53,129 nucleotides of DNA from a virus (taxonomy: Duplodnaviria; Caudoviricetes). Shown here piece by piece: positions 9,053 to 19,433 of the stretch. The position numbers and the translations under genes are program-made. Every line of letters starts with the position of its first letter. The first letter of the stretch is position 1. The notes under the pieces were generated by a model that saw only the letters and a list, made by a program, of their open reading frames with translations, ran no database searches and had not been told where the DNA came from. The DNA lies in the IMG/VR virus record IMGVR_UViG_3300013829_000009, positions 1 through 53,129 of that record; one strand, given 5' to 3'.

Positions 9053-9567
9053 ATGACGAACATTGGCTCTCGATAGCAGGCTGGGATGGCTTGTATGAGG
9101 TGTCAAACCACGGGCACATAAAGAGTTTGGAGCGAAAAATAACAGCGGGTTCAAGAACCTATGTGATTCACGAAAGAATTCTAAGTCCAAGGCGTGACAA
9201 GGACGGATACATGATGGTGGATCTTCAGAACGCCGGAAAAGTTATTACTCACAAGGTTCATCGCATTGTCGCTATGACTTTTCTCCAAAACCCCTGTAAC
9301 AAGCCGCAGGTTAACCACAAGGATGGTAACAGAGCTAATAACACCGTTCAAAATCTGGAATGGGTAACTGATTCGGAAAACAAAATTCACAGCCATACGA
9401 AACTCCAGACATCTCGCGGGAAATCGGGTTTATATGGTGTCAACTGGCGATCTGACAGGGGTAAGTGGCGCGCCTATACAACGCTTGGCGGTTATAGGCA
9501 CATAGGTTTATTCAATGATAAAGAAGAAGCCAGAAAAGCGGCAGAGAAAGCAAGGTGCTTATTGTGA
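9049..9567 (+). CDS. NUMOD4-HNH homing endonuclease (AP2-like C-terminus)
   Basis: W..IAGWDGLYEVSNHG.IKS; VHRIVA; VNHKDGNRANN...NLEW; GVNWRSDRGKWRAY. Confidence 0.88.
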   Translation: MNDEHWLSIAGWDGLYEVSNHGHIKSLERKITAGSRTYVIHERILSPRRDKDGYMMVDLQNAGKVITHKVHRIVAMTFLQNPCNKPQVNHKDGNRANNTVQNLEWVTDSENKIHSHTKLQTSRGKSGLYGVNWRSDRGKWRAYTTLGGYRHIGLFNDKEEARKAAEKARCLL

Positions 9568-10679
9568 AAAACAGCATCAAGCATTCTTTACTCGCCCCAT
9601 CTTCCGCATCTCGCTGGATGAAATGTCCGCCGTCGGCGCGGCTTACGGAGTTCCTCGCGGACTCGGTATCAAGCTACGCCTCTGAAGGCACCCTTGCCCA
9701 CAGTGTGGCAGAGGGGAAACTCAACCACCGGCTCGGCAGAGCCAAAAACGCTCCTGCTTGCGACGACGCGGAAATGGATGAATACACATCCGATTACGCC
9801 GACTTCGTAATGGAGCAGACGGAAGGACTCAAAGACCCGGCTGTGTTTGTAGAGCAGCGCGTTGACTGTTCCCTCTATGTCCCGGAATGCTTCGGCACCT
9901 GTGACGCGCTTATCGTATCGGACGGCGTTCTGCACATCATCGATCTAAAAAGCGGACGCGGCGTAAAGGTCGACGCAGAAGAAAATGACCAGCTTTGCAT
10001 CTACGCCCTCGGTGCCATACGGATGTTCGACTTCCTCTATCGGTTCGATACCGTGCGGATGAGCATCTATCAGCCGAGGCTCGGAAATGTGCAGACCTGG
10101 GAGACGACCGCAGAGGCTCTCACAGAATGGGCGGAAACCGTGCTTGTCCCGGCGGCGAAACTCGCATGGGACGGCAAAGGCAGCTATACGGCCGGCGATC
10201 ACTGCCGGTTCTGCAAGGCGAAAGCGGAATGCAGAGCCAGAGCCGAAGCAAATATGGCGCTTGCCGCCTATGATTTCACAGACCCCTCTTTGCTGCAAAT
10301 CTGCGAGGTGGCGGACATCCTCAGAAAAATCGACGAACTGGTTTCCTGGGCGTCGGACGTCAAGGACTACGCTCTTGCCCAGGCACTTTCCGGCACGAAG
10401 TATGACGGTTGGAAGGTTGTGGCCGGCAGAAGCAACCGCAAGTACACAGATGATGATGCCGCTGCAGCCGCGGTCAAGAACGCGGGGTACGACCCTTATG
10501 AACACAGGCTGCTCGGCATCACGGCAATGACCTCACTTCTCGGCAGGAAGAAATTTGATGAACTGCTCGGCGAGCTGACCTGCAAACCCGAAGGCAAACC
10601 AGTGCTTGTTCCGGCATCGGACAAGCGTAACGAACTAAACACGGCGGCGGATGACTTCGCCGACCCTAACGAAAATTAA
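9564..10679 (+). CDS. DUF2800 Cas4-like PD-(D/E)xK nuclease
   Basis: HSLLAPSSASRW..CP; GT.AH; FGTCD..IIDLKSG; HCRFC. Confidence 0.85.
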   Translation: MKNSIKHSLLAPSSASRWMKCPPSARLTEFLADSVSSYASEGTLAHSVAEGKLNHRLGRAKNAPACDDAEMDEYTSDYADFVMEQTEGLKDPAVFVEQRVDCSLYVPECFGTCDALIVSDGVLHIIDLKSGRGVKVDAEENDQLCIYALGAIRMFDFLYRFDTVRMSIYQPRLGNVQTWETTAEALTEWAETVLVPAAKLAWDGKGSYTAGDHCRFCKAKAECRARAEANMALAAYDFTDPSLLQICEVADILRKIDELVSWASDVKDYALAQALSGTKYDGWKVVAGRSNRKYTDDDAAAAAVKNAGYDPYEHRLLGITAMTSLLGRKKFDELLGELTCKPEGKPVLVPASDKRNELNTAADDFADPNEN

Positions 10680-10692
10680 GGAGATTATTATC

Positions 10693-11265
10693 ATGACAAA
10701 TTCTGTTAACCCCACAAAAGTAGTAACCGGCATCGTTCGCCTCAGTTACGCAAATATCTGGACCGCGAAAAGCATAAATGGCGGCGTGCCCAAGTTTTCC
10801 ACCTCCGTACTTATCCCTAAGTCCGATACTGTCACCGTGACCAAGATTAAGACGGCTATTCAAGCGGCCTATGAGGAAGGTCAGGGCAAGCTGCGCGGCA
10901 GCGGCAAAACCGTGCCTCCGCTCTCCGCTCTGAAAACGCCCCTCCGTGACGGCGACATTGAGCGCCCGGACGATGAGGCGTACAAGGGCTGCTGGTTCGT
11001 AAATGCAAACAGCAATAATGCTCCCGGCGTCGTGGATGTCCACTGCCAGCCCATCTTAGATACCTCAGAAATCTACTCCGGCGTGTACGCCCGTGTATCT
11101 CTCAGCTTCTATGCTTTTAATTCTAACGGCAATAAAGGCGTTGCCTGTGGTCTTCAGAACATCCAGAAAATCAAGGACGGCGAGTCACTCGGCGGCAAAG
11201 CGAAAGCTGAAGACGATTTTAGTGACGGCTATCAGAGCGATGCCGATGACGACTTCCTGGGTTAA
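10693..11265 (+). CDS. DUF2815 ssDNA-binding protein (T7 gp2.5-like)
   Basis: VRLSYANIW; PLRDGD; YSGVYAR; GLQNIQKIKDGE; acidic tail. Confidence 0.88.
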   Translation: MTNSVNPTKVVTGIVRLSYANIWTAKSINGGVPKFSTSVLIPKSDTVTVTKIKTAIQAAYEEGQGKLRGSGKTVPPLSALKTPLRDGDIERPDDEAYKGCWFVNANSNNAPGVVDVHCQPILDTSEIYSGVYARVSLSFYAFNSNGNKGVACGLQNIQKIKDGESLGGKAKAEDDFSDGYQSDADDDFLG

Positions 11266-11280
11266 GGGAGGACTGACACT

Positions 11281-11430
11281 ATGACAAACATCCAGTCAAT
11301 GATGCTTGCGGTCTGCTTTGGTGCCGTGGTAGGGACTTTCATCGGCAACATTTTCACTATCGTAAAGTTTGCGATTAATGAGCGCAGAGAGAAAAAACGC
11401 ATCCGCAAGGATAACGAAGAAAAACAGTAA
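11281..11430 (+). CDS. Small membrane protein (49 aa; not in the ORF track)
   Basis: GGAGG RBS; MTNIQSMMLAVCFGAVVGTFIGNIFTIVKFAIN followed by a basic tail. Confidence 0.65.
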   Translation: MTNIQSMMLAVCFGAVVGTFIGNIFTIVKFAINERREKKRIRKDNEEKQ

Positions 11431-11437
11431 CCCGAAC

Positions 11438-11478
11438 GGGCGGCGGAGGGAGACAGTCTTTTCTCCGCCGCTTTTCTT
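11438..11478 (+). terminator. Intrinsic terminator/attenuator
   Basis: GCGGCGGAG...CTCCGCCGC stem followed by TTTTCTT. Confidence 0.7.
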
Positions 11479-11493
11479 ATGGAGGAAACGAAT

Positions 11494-11607
11494 ATGTACG
11501 ATGACAGCTATTACGATTACCTCGACTATATCGAGGGCAGATGCATGAACGATTCAGAAGACTGCGGCTGCCCGGAGGAGGATGACGATGAGGACTCTCG
11601 AAATTGA
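11494..11607 (+). CDS. Very acidic 37-aa peptide (not in the ORF track)
   Basis: GGAGG RBS; MYDDSYYDYLDYIEGRCMNDSEDCGCPEEDDDEDSRN; overlaps the pol start. Confidence 0.5.
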   Translation: MYDDSYYDYLDYIEGRCMNDSEDCGCPEEDDDEDSRN

Positions 11608-13576
11608 CATTGAGACATTCAGCAGCGTGAGCCTACAGAAATGTGGCGTGTATAAATACGCTGAATCTCCGGATTTTCAGATTATCCTCTTCGGATACAG
11701 CGTGGACGGCGGCGAGGTGAAGGTTGTTGACCTTCTGCAGGGTGAAACCATACCGCAGGATATTTTCAATGCCCTCACGGACGATACAGTTGTCAAATGG
11801 GCACATAACAGCGGATTTGAGCGGGTGTGCCTGTCACGGTACCTCGCCGATATGGGCGTCAGTCTTGACCTCTTCCACGATAATCATCCGCTGTCACAGG
11901 AGAGCACCCAGTTTTTGAATCCGTCCTCCTGGCGCTGTTCCATGACATGGGCGGCTTATCTCGGTCTTCCGCTCTCCCTTTCGGGAGTCGGAGAGATACT
12001 CGGTCTTGAAAAGAAAAAGCTGACAGAGGGCAAGGAACTTATTAAATTTTTCTGTCAGCCATGTGCTCCGACAAAAGCAAACGGCGGCAGGACGAGAAAT
12101 CTGCCCTCCGACGCTCCGGAAAAGTGGGGGTTATTTAAGTCATATAACCTCCGCGACGTGGAGGTCGAGATGCAGATAACACAGAGACTTGCTAAGTTCC
12201 CCGTGCCGGACTTCGTATGGGACGAGTATCACCTGTCCGAAGAAATTAACGACAGAGGTATCGGCGTGGATATGCCGTTCGTTTCCGCCTGCCTGTCCCT
12301 GGATGCAAGGTCAACAGACGCGCTGACCGAAGCCATGCGGGAACTGACCGCTCTGGAAAACCCCAACAGCGTGGCGCAGGTCAAGGGCTGGCTTGCGGAT
12401 AACGGGCTTGAGATAGACACCCTCGGCAAAAAGGAAGTGTCGGCACAGCTAAAGAACGCCCCGGCGGAGCTTGTGCCGGTGCTACAGCTCCGCCAGCAGC
12501 TTGCGAAATCATCCGTAAAGAAATACACGGCGATGGAAAACGCAGTCTGTGCCGACAGCCGTGTCCGGGGAATGTTCATGTTTCTCGGAGCATCGCGCAC
12601 AGGTCGATTCGCGGGACGGCTTGTCCAGTTACAAAATCTGCCTCAGAACCATATCCCCGACCTTGAAGAAGCCCGCGCTCTTACTGGTGTCAAAGATTAC
12701 GACGCTCTTGAAATGCTGTATGAGGACATCCCGGATACTCTGTCTCAGCTTATCCGCACGGCTTTCGTGCCGCAGAACGGCAGGAAGTTTATCGTGGCGG
12801 ACTTCTCGGCAATCGAGGCGAGGGTCATATCGTGGTTTGCCAAAGAACAATGGAAATTGGACGCTTTTGCCAAGGACGAGGATATTTACTGCGCCACCGC
12901 CTCGCAGATGTTTCATGTCCCCGTGGTCAAGCACGGCGTAAACGGCGAACTCAGGCAGAAAGGCAAGGTTGCGGAACTGGCTTGTGGTTACGGCGGTTCC
13001 GTGGGCGCGCTAAAGGCAATGGGCGCTCTGGAGATGGGTCTAAAGGAGTCGGAGCTTCAGCCCATCGTGGATTCATGGCGCGGTGCGAACCCCAATATCG
13101 TCAAGTCCTGGTGGGCGGTCGACCGAGCGGCGAAAGCGGCTATCAAAGGTAAGATGCATACAACCGCTTACGGTGTCGATTTTTCCTACGAGAGCGGATT
13201 CCTTTTTATAAGACTTCCTTCCGGCAGACGGCTTGCCTATGTGAAGCCAAGAATTGGAGAGAACCGTTTCGGCGGTGAAGCTATCACTTATGAGGGTACC
13301 GGCGGCACGAAAAAGTGGGAGCGGCTTGAAACTTACGGCCCAAAACTGGTGGAAAACATCGTCCAGGCGACAAGCCGGGATATCCTCTGCCACGCCATGA
13401 AGACTCTGCGCTGCTGTAACATTGTTGCCCATGTACACGATGAAGTCATCATCGAAGCGGACAGGATCATGTCCCTTGACGCGGTCTGTGAACAGATGGG
13501 CAGAACACCGCCTTGGGCGCCCGGTCTTATACTCCGAGCCGATGGCTACGAATGCGATTTTTATAAAAAAGATTAA
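11582..13576 (+). CDS. Phage family A DNA polymerase
   Basis: Exo I IDIET; motif A DFSAIEAR; motif B RQKGKVAELACGYG; motif C VHDE. Confidence 0.93.
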   Translation: MTMRTLEIDIETFSSVSLQKCGVYKYAESPDFQIILFGYSVDGGEVKVVDLLQGETIPQDIFNALTDDTVVKWAHNSGFERVCLSRYLADMGVSLDLFHDNHPLSQESTQFLNPSSWRCSMTWAAYLGLPLSLSGVGEILGLEKKKLTEGKELIKFFCQPCAPTKANGGRTRNLPSDAPEKWGLFKSYNLRDVEVEMQITQRLAKFPVPDFVWDEYHLSEEINDRGIGVDMPFVSACLSLDARSTDALTEAMRELTALENPNSVAQVKGWLADNGLEIDTLGKKEVSAQLKNAPAELVPVLQLRQQLAKSSVKKYTAMENAVCADSRVRGMFMFLGASRTGRFAGRLVQLQNLPQNHIPDLEEARALTGVKDYDALEMLYEDIPDTLSQLIRTAFVPQNGRKFIVADFSAIEARVISWFAKEQWKLDAFAKDEDIYCATASQMFHVPVVKHGVNGELRQKGKVAELACGYGGSVGALKAMGALEMGLKESELQPIVDSWRGANPNIVKSWWAVDRAAKAAIKGKMHTTAYGVDFSYESGFLFIRLPSGRRLAYVKPRIGENRFGGEAITYEGTGGTKKWERLETYGPKLVENIVQATSRDILCHAMKTLRCCNIVAHVHDEVIIEADRIMSLDAVCEQMGRTPPWAPGLILRADGYECDFYKKD

Positions 13577-13580
13577 ATAT

Positions 13581-13640
13581 GGTACGGTTTCCGTCCTTGC
13601 TTGTCCTGTACGAGGTGAGGACGGATTTTCCGTTTATCAC
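13581..13640 (+). promoter_or_regulatory. Bipartite repeated element, copy 2
   Basis: GGTACGGTTT-ccgtccttgct-TGTCCTGTACGAGGTG plus hairpin, upstream of an RBS. Confidence 0.8.
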
Positions 13641-13662
13641 GAATACTGCGGAGGTAGAGAAG

Positions 13663-14049
13663 ATGATTTACACAAAAACAAAGCTGAAGGACGGCGCGGT
13701 CGTGTTCGGTCCCGTCACGGCAAAAAGCACTTATACCCGCTGCGCCGTATGCGGCAAGGAAATTCAGATGGATCTGTGGGAGCTTATTCTCGCCGGAGCG
13801 CAAGACCCCTATGACACGGAAGTGAACTGCGCCGAATGCAGCGCGAAGATGATGCACCGCGGCGATATCAACATCGATATCGTTATCCGTCTGACCGATG
13901 TTTTGCGGGATATCGGCTACGGCATGGAACTGCACGGACTCTGCGAGGATTTCGAGGTCGAGGACGTCCGTGCTCTCGCCCCAGAGGAATATGAGCTTTT
14001 TGTAGACGAACTCCTCGACAAGATTTCGGAGGTGCGTCATGCCGGATAA
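13663..14049 (+). CDS. Zinc-ribbon phage hypothetical protein
   Basis: CAVC...CAEC; GGAGG RBS before ATG 13663. Confidence 0.7.
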   Translation: MIYTKTKLKDGAVVFGPVTAKSTYTRCAVCGKEIQMDLWELILAGAQDPYDTEVNCAECSAKMMHRGDINIDIVIRLTDVLRDIGYGMELHGLCEDFEVEDVRALAPEEYELFVDELLDKISEVRHAG

Positions 14050-14383
14050 CAAAAGAACCCTCGTGTATATTTGCAGTCCTTACTCCGGGGATGTGGCGGC
14101 GAACGTAAAGGCGGCGAGAGAATACTGCCGCCTTGCAGTTGAAAAGGGATACATCCCCGTTGCGCCCCATCTTCTGTATCCGCAGTTCATGGACGATAAC
14201 GACCCGGCGGAACGAAAACTCGGTATGTCCTTTGGTAACGCCCTCATGGATAGATGCGGCGAATTCTGGGTGTGCGGCGACCGCCTCAGTTCCGGTATGG
14301 AGGCGGAGTTTGACAGGGCGAGTGAAAAGAACATGACCATCAAATTTCTTACCAAAGAAAATGAGGAGTGCTCCAATGGCTAA
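14039..14383 (+). CDS. DUF4406-like / nucleoside deoxyribosyltransferase-fold protein
   Basis: VYICSPYSGD...PVAPHL...C.EFWVCG..LSSGM..E. Confidence 0.7.
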   Translation: MPDNKRTLVYICSPYSGDVAANVKAAREYCRLAVEKGYIPVAPHLLYPQFMDDNDPAERKLGMSFGNALMDRCGEFWVCGDRLSSGMEAEFDRASEKNMTIKFLTKENEECSNG

Positions 14384-15287
14384 TACATGGCGGTTTAAAC
14401 CAGGAAATCCTGAATACGAAAGATATATTCACAGCTCCCAATGGAGGCAGACGGCTGATAAACGGCTTGAGCTTGACGGGCATATCTGCTGCGTTTGCGG
14501 CGGCAAAGCTACGGACGTACATCATCTTACTTATGATCGCTTCGGCAATGAAGCAATGGACGATTTGGTGAGTCTTTGCAGAAAGTGTCACGGTCAGGCG
14601 GAGAACTTTTATGACCCCGCTGTTACGCCTTGGGCTATGGACGAAGTAAAACCGAACGGTAATAACTTTATGGCAGCTATGCGTGTAGATGCTCTGAAAA
14701 TAGCGCCTATGGTTTTTGATTATCTGAAGGCGGTGCGAGGTTATGATTTTGACTCGCTGATGCTTCTCCGCCAGCCGGACGATCCTGAAGGAAAGAAATA
14801 CTGGAAAGTATTGCAAAAAGCCGTGAATGCCCTTTGCAGAAAACGTTACTCCCGAAGCTGCGTGGAGGACAGACGAACGATGATGCTCGAAGCCATCACA
14901 AATCATATCGAGGTCATCTGTCTCGCCGAAATTGAACACTATGTCCGAAATGCCGTACAAACTTCTCTCCATGAGATTGTGGTGACGGACTATGCCATTT
15001 TTGGTAAATGGGATGCCGTTGGCGAGGAACTCGGCATTGCAAAAGGAACGACGCAGAAGCTGCGAAAAGACAACGGTACCAGCTTCGGTCCGTCATTACG
15101 CGAAACAGTGCTGTATTACTGCGGGTTAGACGCGGCGGCGGGCATTCGGCCTGTTGATGGTTTCGCCTGCCTGAGTGATACGGATTACAAAAGGCTGAAT
15201 GCAATGGCCGACTACATGACTGCTATATCCGGCGACGGTGCCTTTAAAGGCGAATCCACGAAGGAGGAACAAAGCCGTGCTAATTAA
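14376..15287 (+). CDS. HNH-domain protein with long helical C-terminus
   Basis: Y..YIHS.QW...DGHICCVCG...VHHLTY...LVSLCRKCH. Confidence 0.75.
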   Translation: MANTWRFKPGNPEYERYIHSSQWRQTADKRLELDGHICCVCGGKATDVHHLTYDRFGNEAMDDLVSLCRKCHGQAENFYDPAVTPWAMDEVKPNGNNFMAAMRVDALKIAPMVFDYLKAVRGYDFDSLMLLRQPDDPEGKKYWKVLQKAVNALCRKRYSRSCVEDRRTMMLEAITNHIEVICLAEIEHYVRNAVQTSLHEIVVTDYAIFGKWDAVGEELGIAKGTTQKLRKDNGTSFGPSLRETVLYYCGLDAAAGIRPVDGFACLSDTDYKRLNAMADYMTAISGDGAFKGESTKEEQSRAN

Positions 15288-17622
15288 AATATCTGTCTGC
15301 AACCGCAGGACGGACAAGAAGTATAAAAACAAGGAACTGGAATGGGATTATATCATCGACCGCAACCGGAATCCTATCCGTACCTCGGAAACAGCAGAGG
15401 AATATTCAAAGCTGCCGAAGGCAAAACGCGGTGAACTCAAGGACATCGGCGGTCTTGTCGGAGGCTGGCTGAAAGACGGAATCCGCAAGAACGGAAACGT
15501 GACCTTCCGCACACTGGGCCTACTCGATGCTGACAGCATTCCCGCTGATGTGAATTTCCAGAGCATTGTCCGCACCGCCCTCGACGGCGTTACTTATTTT
15601 CTCTATTCCACCCATAGCCACACCCCGGAAACACCGCGATGCCGTATTGTAATCCTTTTTGGCAGAGAAGTCAGTGAGGACGAGTATCCCGCCGTTATGA
15701 GAATGGTCGCCAAGCAAATCGGTATGGATTTTTTCGATGACTCCACCTACGAATCAAACCGCATGATGTATTGGGCATCCTGCCCGTCAAACGGCGAGTT
15801 TGTGTTCGATGAACAGACCGGCGAACCGCTCGATGTGGATAAGTATCTCGGTATGTACGCAGACTGGCGTGATGTATCACAATGGCCTACATCCTCGCGG
15901 CAGTCAGAGGCTGTCAAGCACGAGGCCGCAAAGCAGGAGGACCCGCTCTCAAAGCCCGGCGTGGTCGGTGCATTCTGCCGCGCCTATTCTGTAACAGCGG
16001 TAATCGACAAATTTCTACCGGAGGTTTACGCACCTTCAGTTATTGAGGGACGCTATGACTATGTTCTCGGCGAGGGTACTGCCGGTGTTGTTGTTTACGA
16101 CGACAAATTCGCGTACAGCCATCATGCGACAGATCCCGCTTGTGGAAAGTTGCTAAACGCCTTCGACCTTGTCCGCACACACCGCTTTGGCAGCGAAGAT
16201 GATAAAAAGTCATTTGGCCAGATGTGTGAAATGGCGCTCTCAGACGACAGCGTAAAACTGCAGATAGCCGAGGAACGACAGGTACAGGCTCAGGAGGATT
16301 TTGATCCCGAAACGGACGACTGGAAAAAGCTGCTCCGTTATCAGACCCGCAGCACTGTGCTTGAAAACAGCGTATGGAATGAAACGCTCATTCTCAACAA
16401 CGACCCGGATTTTGCGAACTTTGCTTATAACGAACTTGCCAGTCGTGTTCAAGTGACGGGTGCTACCCCCTGGGAGCGTCCAATCGATAACTCTTTCTGG
16501 CGAGATGCGGACACAGCACAGCTAAAAGCACTGATAGATGTGCGCTATGTTTCGTTTTCCAGCCGCAATCACGATGTCAGCTTTACAAAGGTTGCTGACG
16601 ATAGGCGCTTCCATCCCATACGTGACTATATGAACGCGCTGCCGGAATGGGACAAAGTTCCAAGAATTGAAACGCTCCTTGTGCGGTGCCTGCAAGCCGA
16701 TGATACGCGTTATGTACGCACAGTTACGAGAAAGACCTTTGCAGCGGCGGTTGCCCGTGTTTACCGCCCCGGCACAAAGTATGACAGTATTCTTGTGCTT
16801 GACGGTGCACAGGGAATCGGAAAAAGCACTATCTTCAAAGACCTTGTGGGTGATGAATACTACTCCGATACACTTTCCCTCACCGACATGAATGACAAGT
16901 CCGGCGCGGAAAAGCTTCAGGGCTTTTGGATCGTGGAGATTGGCGAACTCGCCGGTATGAAAAAAGCGGATATCGAAAAAGTAAAAGCCTTTCTCTCCAC
17001 AGCCGATGACAAGTATCGTCCGAGTTATGGCAAAACCGTAGAAAGCCATCCAAGGCAGTGCATCATCATTGCGTCGGTCAATGGTGAGCGCGGTTATCTG
17101 CGTGATATTACGGGTAATCGTCGCTTTTGGATAGTGAAACTGCATCAAAACGAGCAGAAAAAACGCTGGCATTTCACAAAAGAGGAACGTGACCAGATAT
17201 GGGCTGAAGCCAAGGCCATCTATGAAAGCGGCGAAAAGCTGTATCTTGAGGCCGACATGATAAAAGAAGCGGAAAAAGTGCAGCAATCGGCAATGGAGGT
17301 CGATGAGCGTCAAGGCATGGTCGAAGAGTATCTTGATACCCTGCTGCCGGATGGCTGGGAGAACATGGACATTTATGCCCGTCGCAGCTATGTCAATGAT
17401 AAGAGCGACCCTACTCGCCCAAACGGAGTTACTGTAAAAACGGTGGTATCCAATGCGGAAATATGGTGTGAGTGCTTCTGTCGCAATCTGTCTGAGATGA
17501 AGCCAGCGGACAGTTATGCGATAGCGGCATTAATGACGCAAGTCGATGGTTGGGAGCGTACTAATGAACGCTGTCGGCAGCCCATGTATGGTCGCCAAAG
17601 GCTTTACAGACGTAAAATTTAA
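15277..17622 (+). CDS. VirE/VapE primase-helicase
   Basis: LLDAD, YSTHSH primase-like N-terminus; GAQGIGKST Walker A; TGNRRFW. Confidence 0.9.
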   Translation: MLIKISVCNRRTDKKYKNKELEWDYIIDRNRNPIRTSETAEEYSKLPKAKRGELKDIGGLVGGWLKDGIRKNGNVTFRTLGLLDADSIPADVNFQSIVRTALDGVTYFLYSTHSHTPETPRCRIVILFGREVSEDEYPAVMRMVAKQIGMDFFDDSTYESNRMMYWASCPSNGEFVFDEQTGEPLDVDKYLGMYADWRDVSQWPTSSRQSEAVKHEAAKQEDPLSKPGVVGAFCRAYSVTAVIDKFLPEVYAPSVIEGRYDYVLGEGTAGVVVYDDKFAYSHHATDPACGKLLNAFDLVRTHRFGSEDDKKSFGQMCEMALSDDSVKLQIAEERQVQAQEDFDPETDDWKKLLRYQTRSTVLENSVWNETLILNNDPDFANFAYNELASRVQVTGATPWERPIDNSFWRDADTAQLKALIDVRYVSFSSRNHDVSFTKVADDRRFHPIRDYMNALPEWDKVPRIETLLVRCLQADDTRYVRTVTRKTFAAAVARVYRPGTKYDSILVLDGAQGIGKSTIFKDLVGDEYYSDTLSLTDMNDKSGAEKLQGFWIVEIGELAGMKKADIEKVKAFLSTADDKYRPSYGKTVESHPRQCIIIASVNGERGYLRDITGNRRFWIVKLHQNEQKKRWHFTKEERDQIWAEAKAIYESGEKLYLEADMIKEAEKVQQSAMEVDERQGMVEEYLDTLLPDGWENMDIYARRSYVNDKSDPTRPNGVTVKTVVSNAEIWCECFCRNLSEMKPADSYAIAALMTQVDGWERTNERCRQPMYGRQRLYRRKI

Positions 17623-17760
17623 TGGACAAGACTATGGGACGGGACAACATTTCTCCTTATATTCAAAATGGGTTTTCTATAAGTCAAAAACAAAACCTGT
17701 ACCCACACCCGCGCATAAGTAATATAGGAAAAAGTTGTCCTTTCTGTCCACTCTGTCCCG
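17623..17760. repeat. GGACA/TGTCC iteron-like inverted repeats; putative replication origin
   Basis: GGACAACATTTCTCCTTATATT ... AATATAGGAAAAAGTTGTCC plus further GGAC and GTCC units directly after the primase-helicase. Confidence 0.45.
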
Positions 17761-17773
17761 GTTGGAGGAAATC

Positions 17774-18061
17774 ATGAGAGAAAAACAGATAGAGCGAAAG
17801 CTGACAATCGCAGCAAAAAATATGGGAGGCATTTCGGTAAAGTTCGTGAGTCCCGGTTTCGACGGAATGCCTGATCGCATCGTTCTTTTACCTGGTGGTT
17901 ATATGGCTTTTGTTGAAGTAAAGGCAAAGTGCTGTAAACCGCGCCCACTGCAATTGGCAAGGCACAAACTGCTGCGGGGACTTGGGTTCCGTGTATATGT
18001 TCTGGATGACGAGCGGCAAATTGACCGTTTACTTAAAGAGATTGGAGGTGATGCCGGATGA
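17774..18061 (+). CDS. VRR-NUC nuclease
   Basis: MREKQIE...GMPDRIVL...FVEVK...PRPLQ. Confidence 0.9.
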   Translation: MREKQIERKLTIAAKNMGGISVKFVSPGFDGMPDRIVLLPGGYMAFVEVKAKCCKPRPLQLARHKLLRGLGFRVYVLDDERQIDRLLKEIGGDAG

Positions 18062-19433
18062 AGTTCATACCACATGAGTACCAGAGCCATGCAGTCGATT
18101 ACATCGAAAAGCATAAAAACGCCGCAGTCCTCTTGGATATGGGCCTCGGCTGAGCAAGACGGTCATTACGCTGACGGCGGTTATCAATCTTCTGTTCGAC
18201 AGCTTTGAATCACACCGGGTGCTTGTTATAGCGCCCCTCCGGGTCGCGAGAGATACATGGCCATCGGAGGTTGAGAAATGGAATCACCTGAAAGGTCTCA
18301 TTATCAGTACGGCGGTCGGTACGGAAGAGGAACGGCTTGCGGCTCTAAAAACAAAAGCCGACATTTACATCATAAACCGTGAGAACGTCCAGTGGCTGGT
18401 GGAAAAGAGCGGCGTCCCGTTTAATTATGACACCGTGGTTATAGACGAGCTTTCCTCCTTCAAAAACGGGCAGGCGAAAAGGTTCAAAAGCCTTATGACG
18501 GTAAGACCCAAAGTAAAGCGAATCATCGGTCTGACCGGCACGCCTGCGTCCAACGGCCTTATGGATTTATGGGCGGAGTTTCGTCTGCTGGATATGGGAC
18601 AGCGGCTCGGCAGATACATCACCCATTACCGAAACGAGTACTTCACCCCGGACAAGCGAAACGGCATGGTGGTATTCAGCTATAAGCCCCTTCCGGGTGC
18701 GGAGGAACGGATATACGAAAAAATATCCGATATGACCATTTCCATGAAGGCGACAGACTTCATCCGTATGCCGGAACTCATATCAAGCGAGTACACCGTG
18801 CGGCTGTCGGAAAAAGAGCGCAAACGGTACGATGCCTTAAAGGACGACCTGGTGCTTGCGCTGCCGGACGGTGAAATAACAGCCGCCAACGCTGCAAGCC
18901 TTACAAACAAGCTCTCCCAGATGGCAAACGGTGCGGTCTACGCCGATGACAGCTCCGTTACCCACATCCACGACAGAAAGCTGGACGCGCTTGAGGATTT
19001 AATCGAGGCGGCGAACGGGAAACCCGTTCTTGTGGCGTACTGGTTCCGGCACGACCTTGAGCGGATAAAAGAACGGCTGCACAGTCTCCATATTCCGTTT
19101 TCCGAGATGGATAAAGCCGACAGTATCCGAAGGTGGAATAACGGCGAGATTCCCGTGGGTCTGATACACCCCGCATCTGCCGGACACGGACTGAATCTTC
19201 AATCCGGCGGCAGCGCCATCGTATGGTTCGGACTCACATGGAGTCTTGAACTCTACCAGCAGACGAACGCCCGATTGTGGCGACAGGGGCAGGAATCCAA
19301 AACCGTGGTGCTTCAGCACATCGTGACCGAGGACACCATAGACCAGCGGATTTTGAAGGCGCTGTCGCAAAAGGACGTCACCCAGCAAAGCCTTATCGAT
19401 GCGGTCAAGGCGGATTTGGGGGCGGTGAAATGA
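18058..19433 (+). pseudogene. SNF2-family helicase interrupted in Walker A by a 5-nt insert (pseudogene or recoded gene)
   Basis: MKFIPHEYQ...LLDMGLG-TGA (18151-53); KTVITL resumes at 18156 in the frame of ORF 18219-19433 (DELS, LTGTP, GHGLNLQ, QTNARLWRQGQ). Confidence 0.85.
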
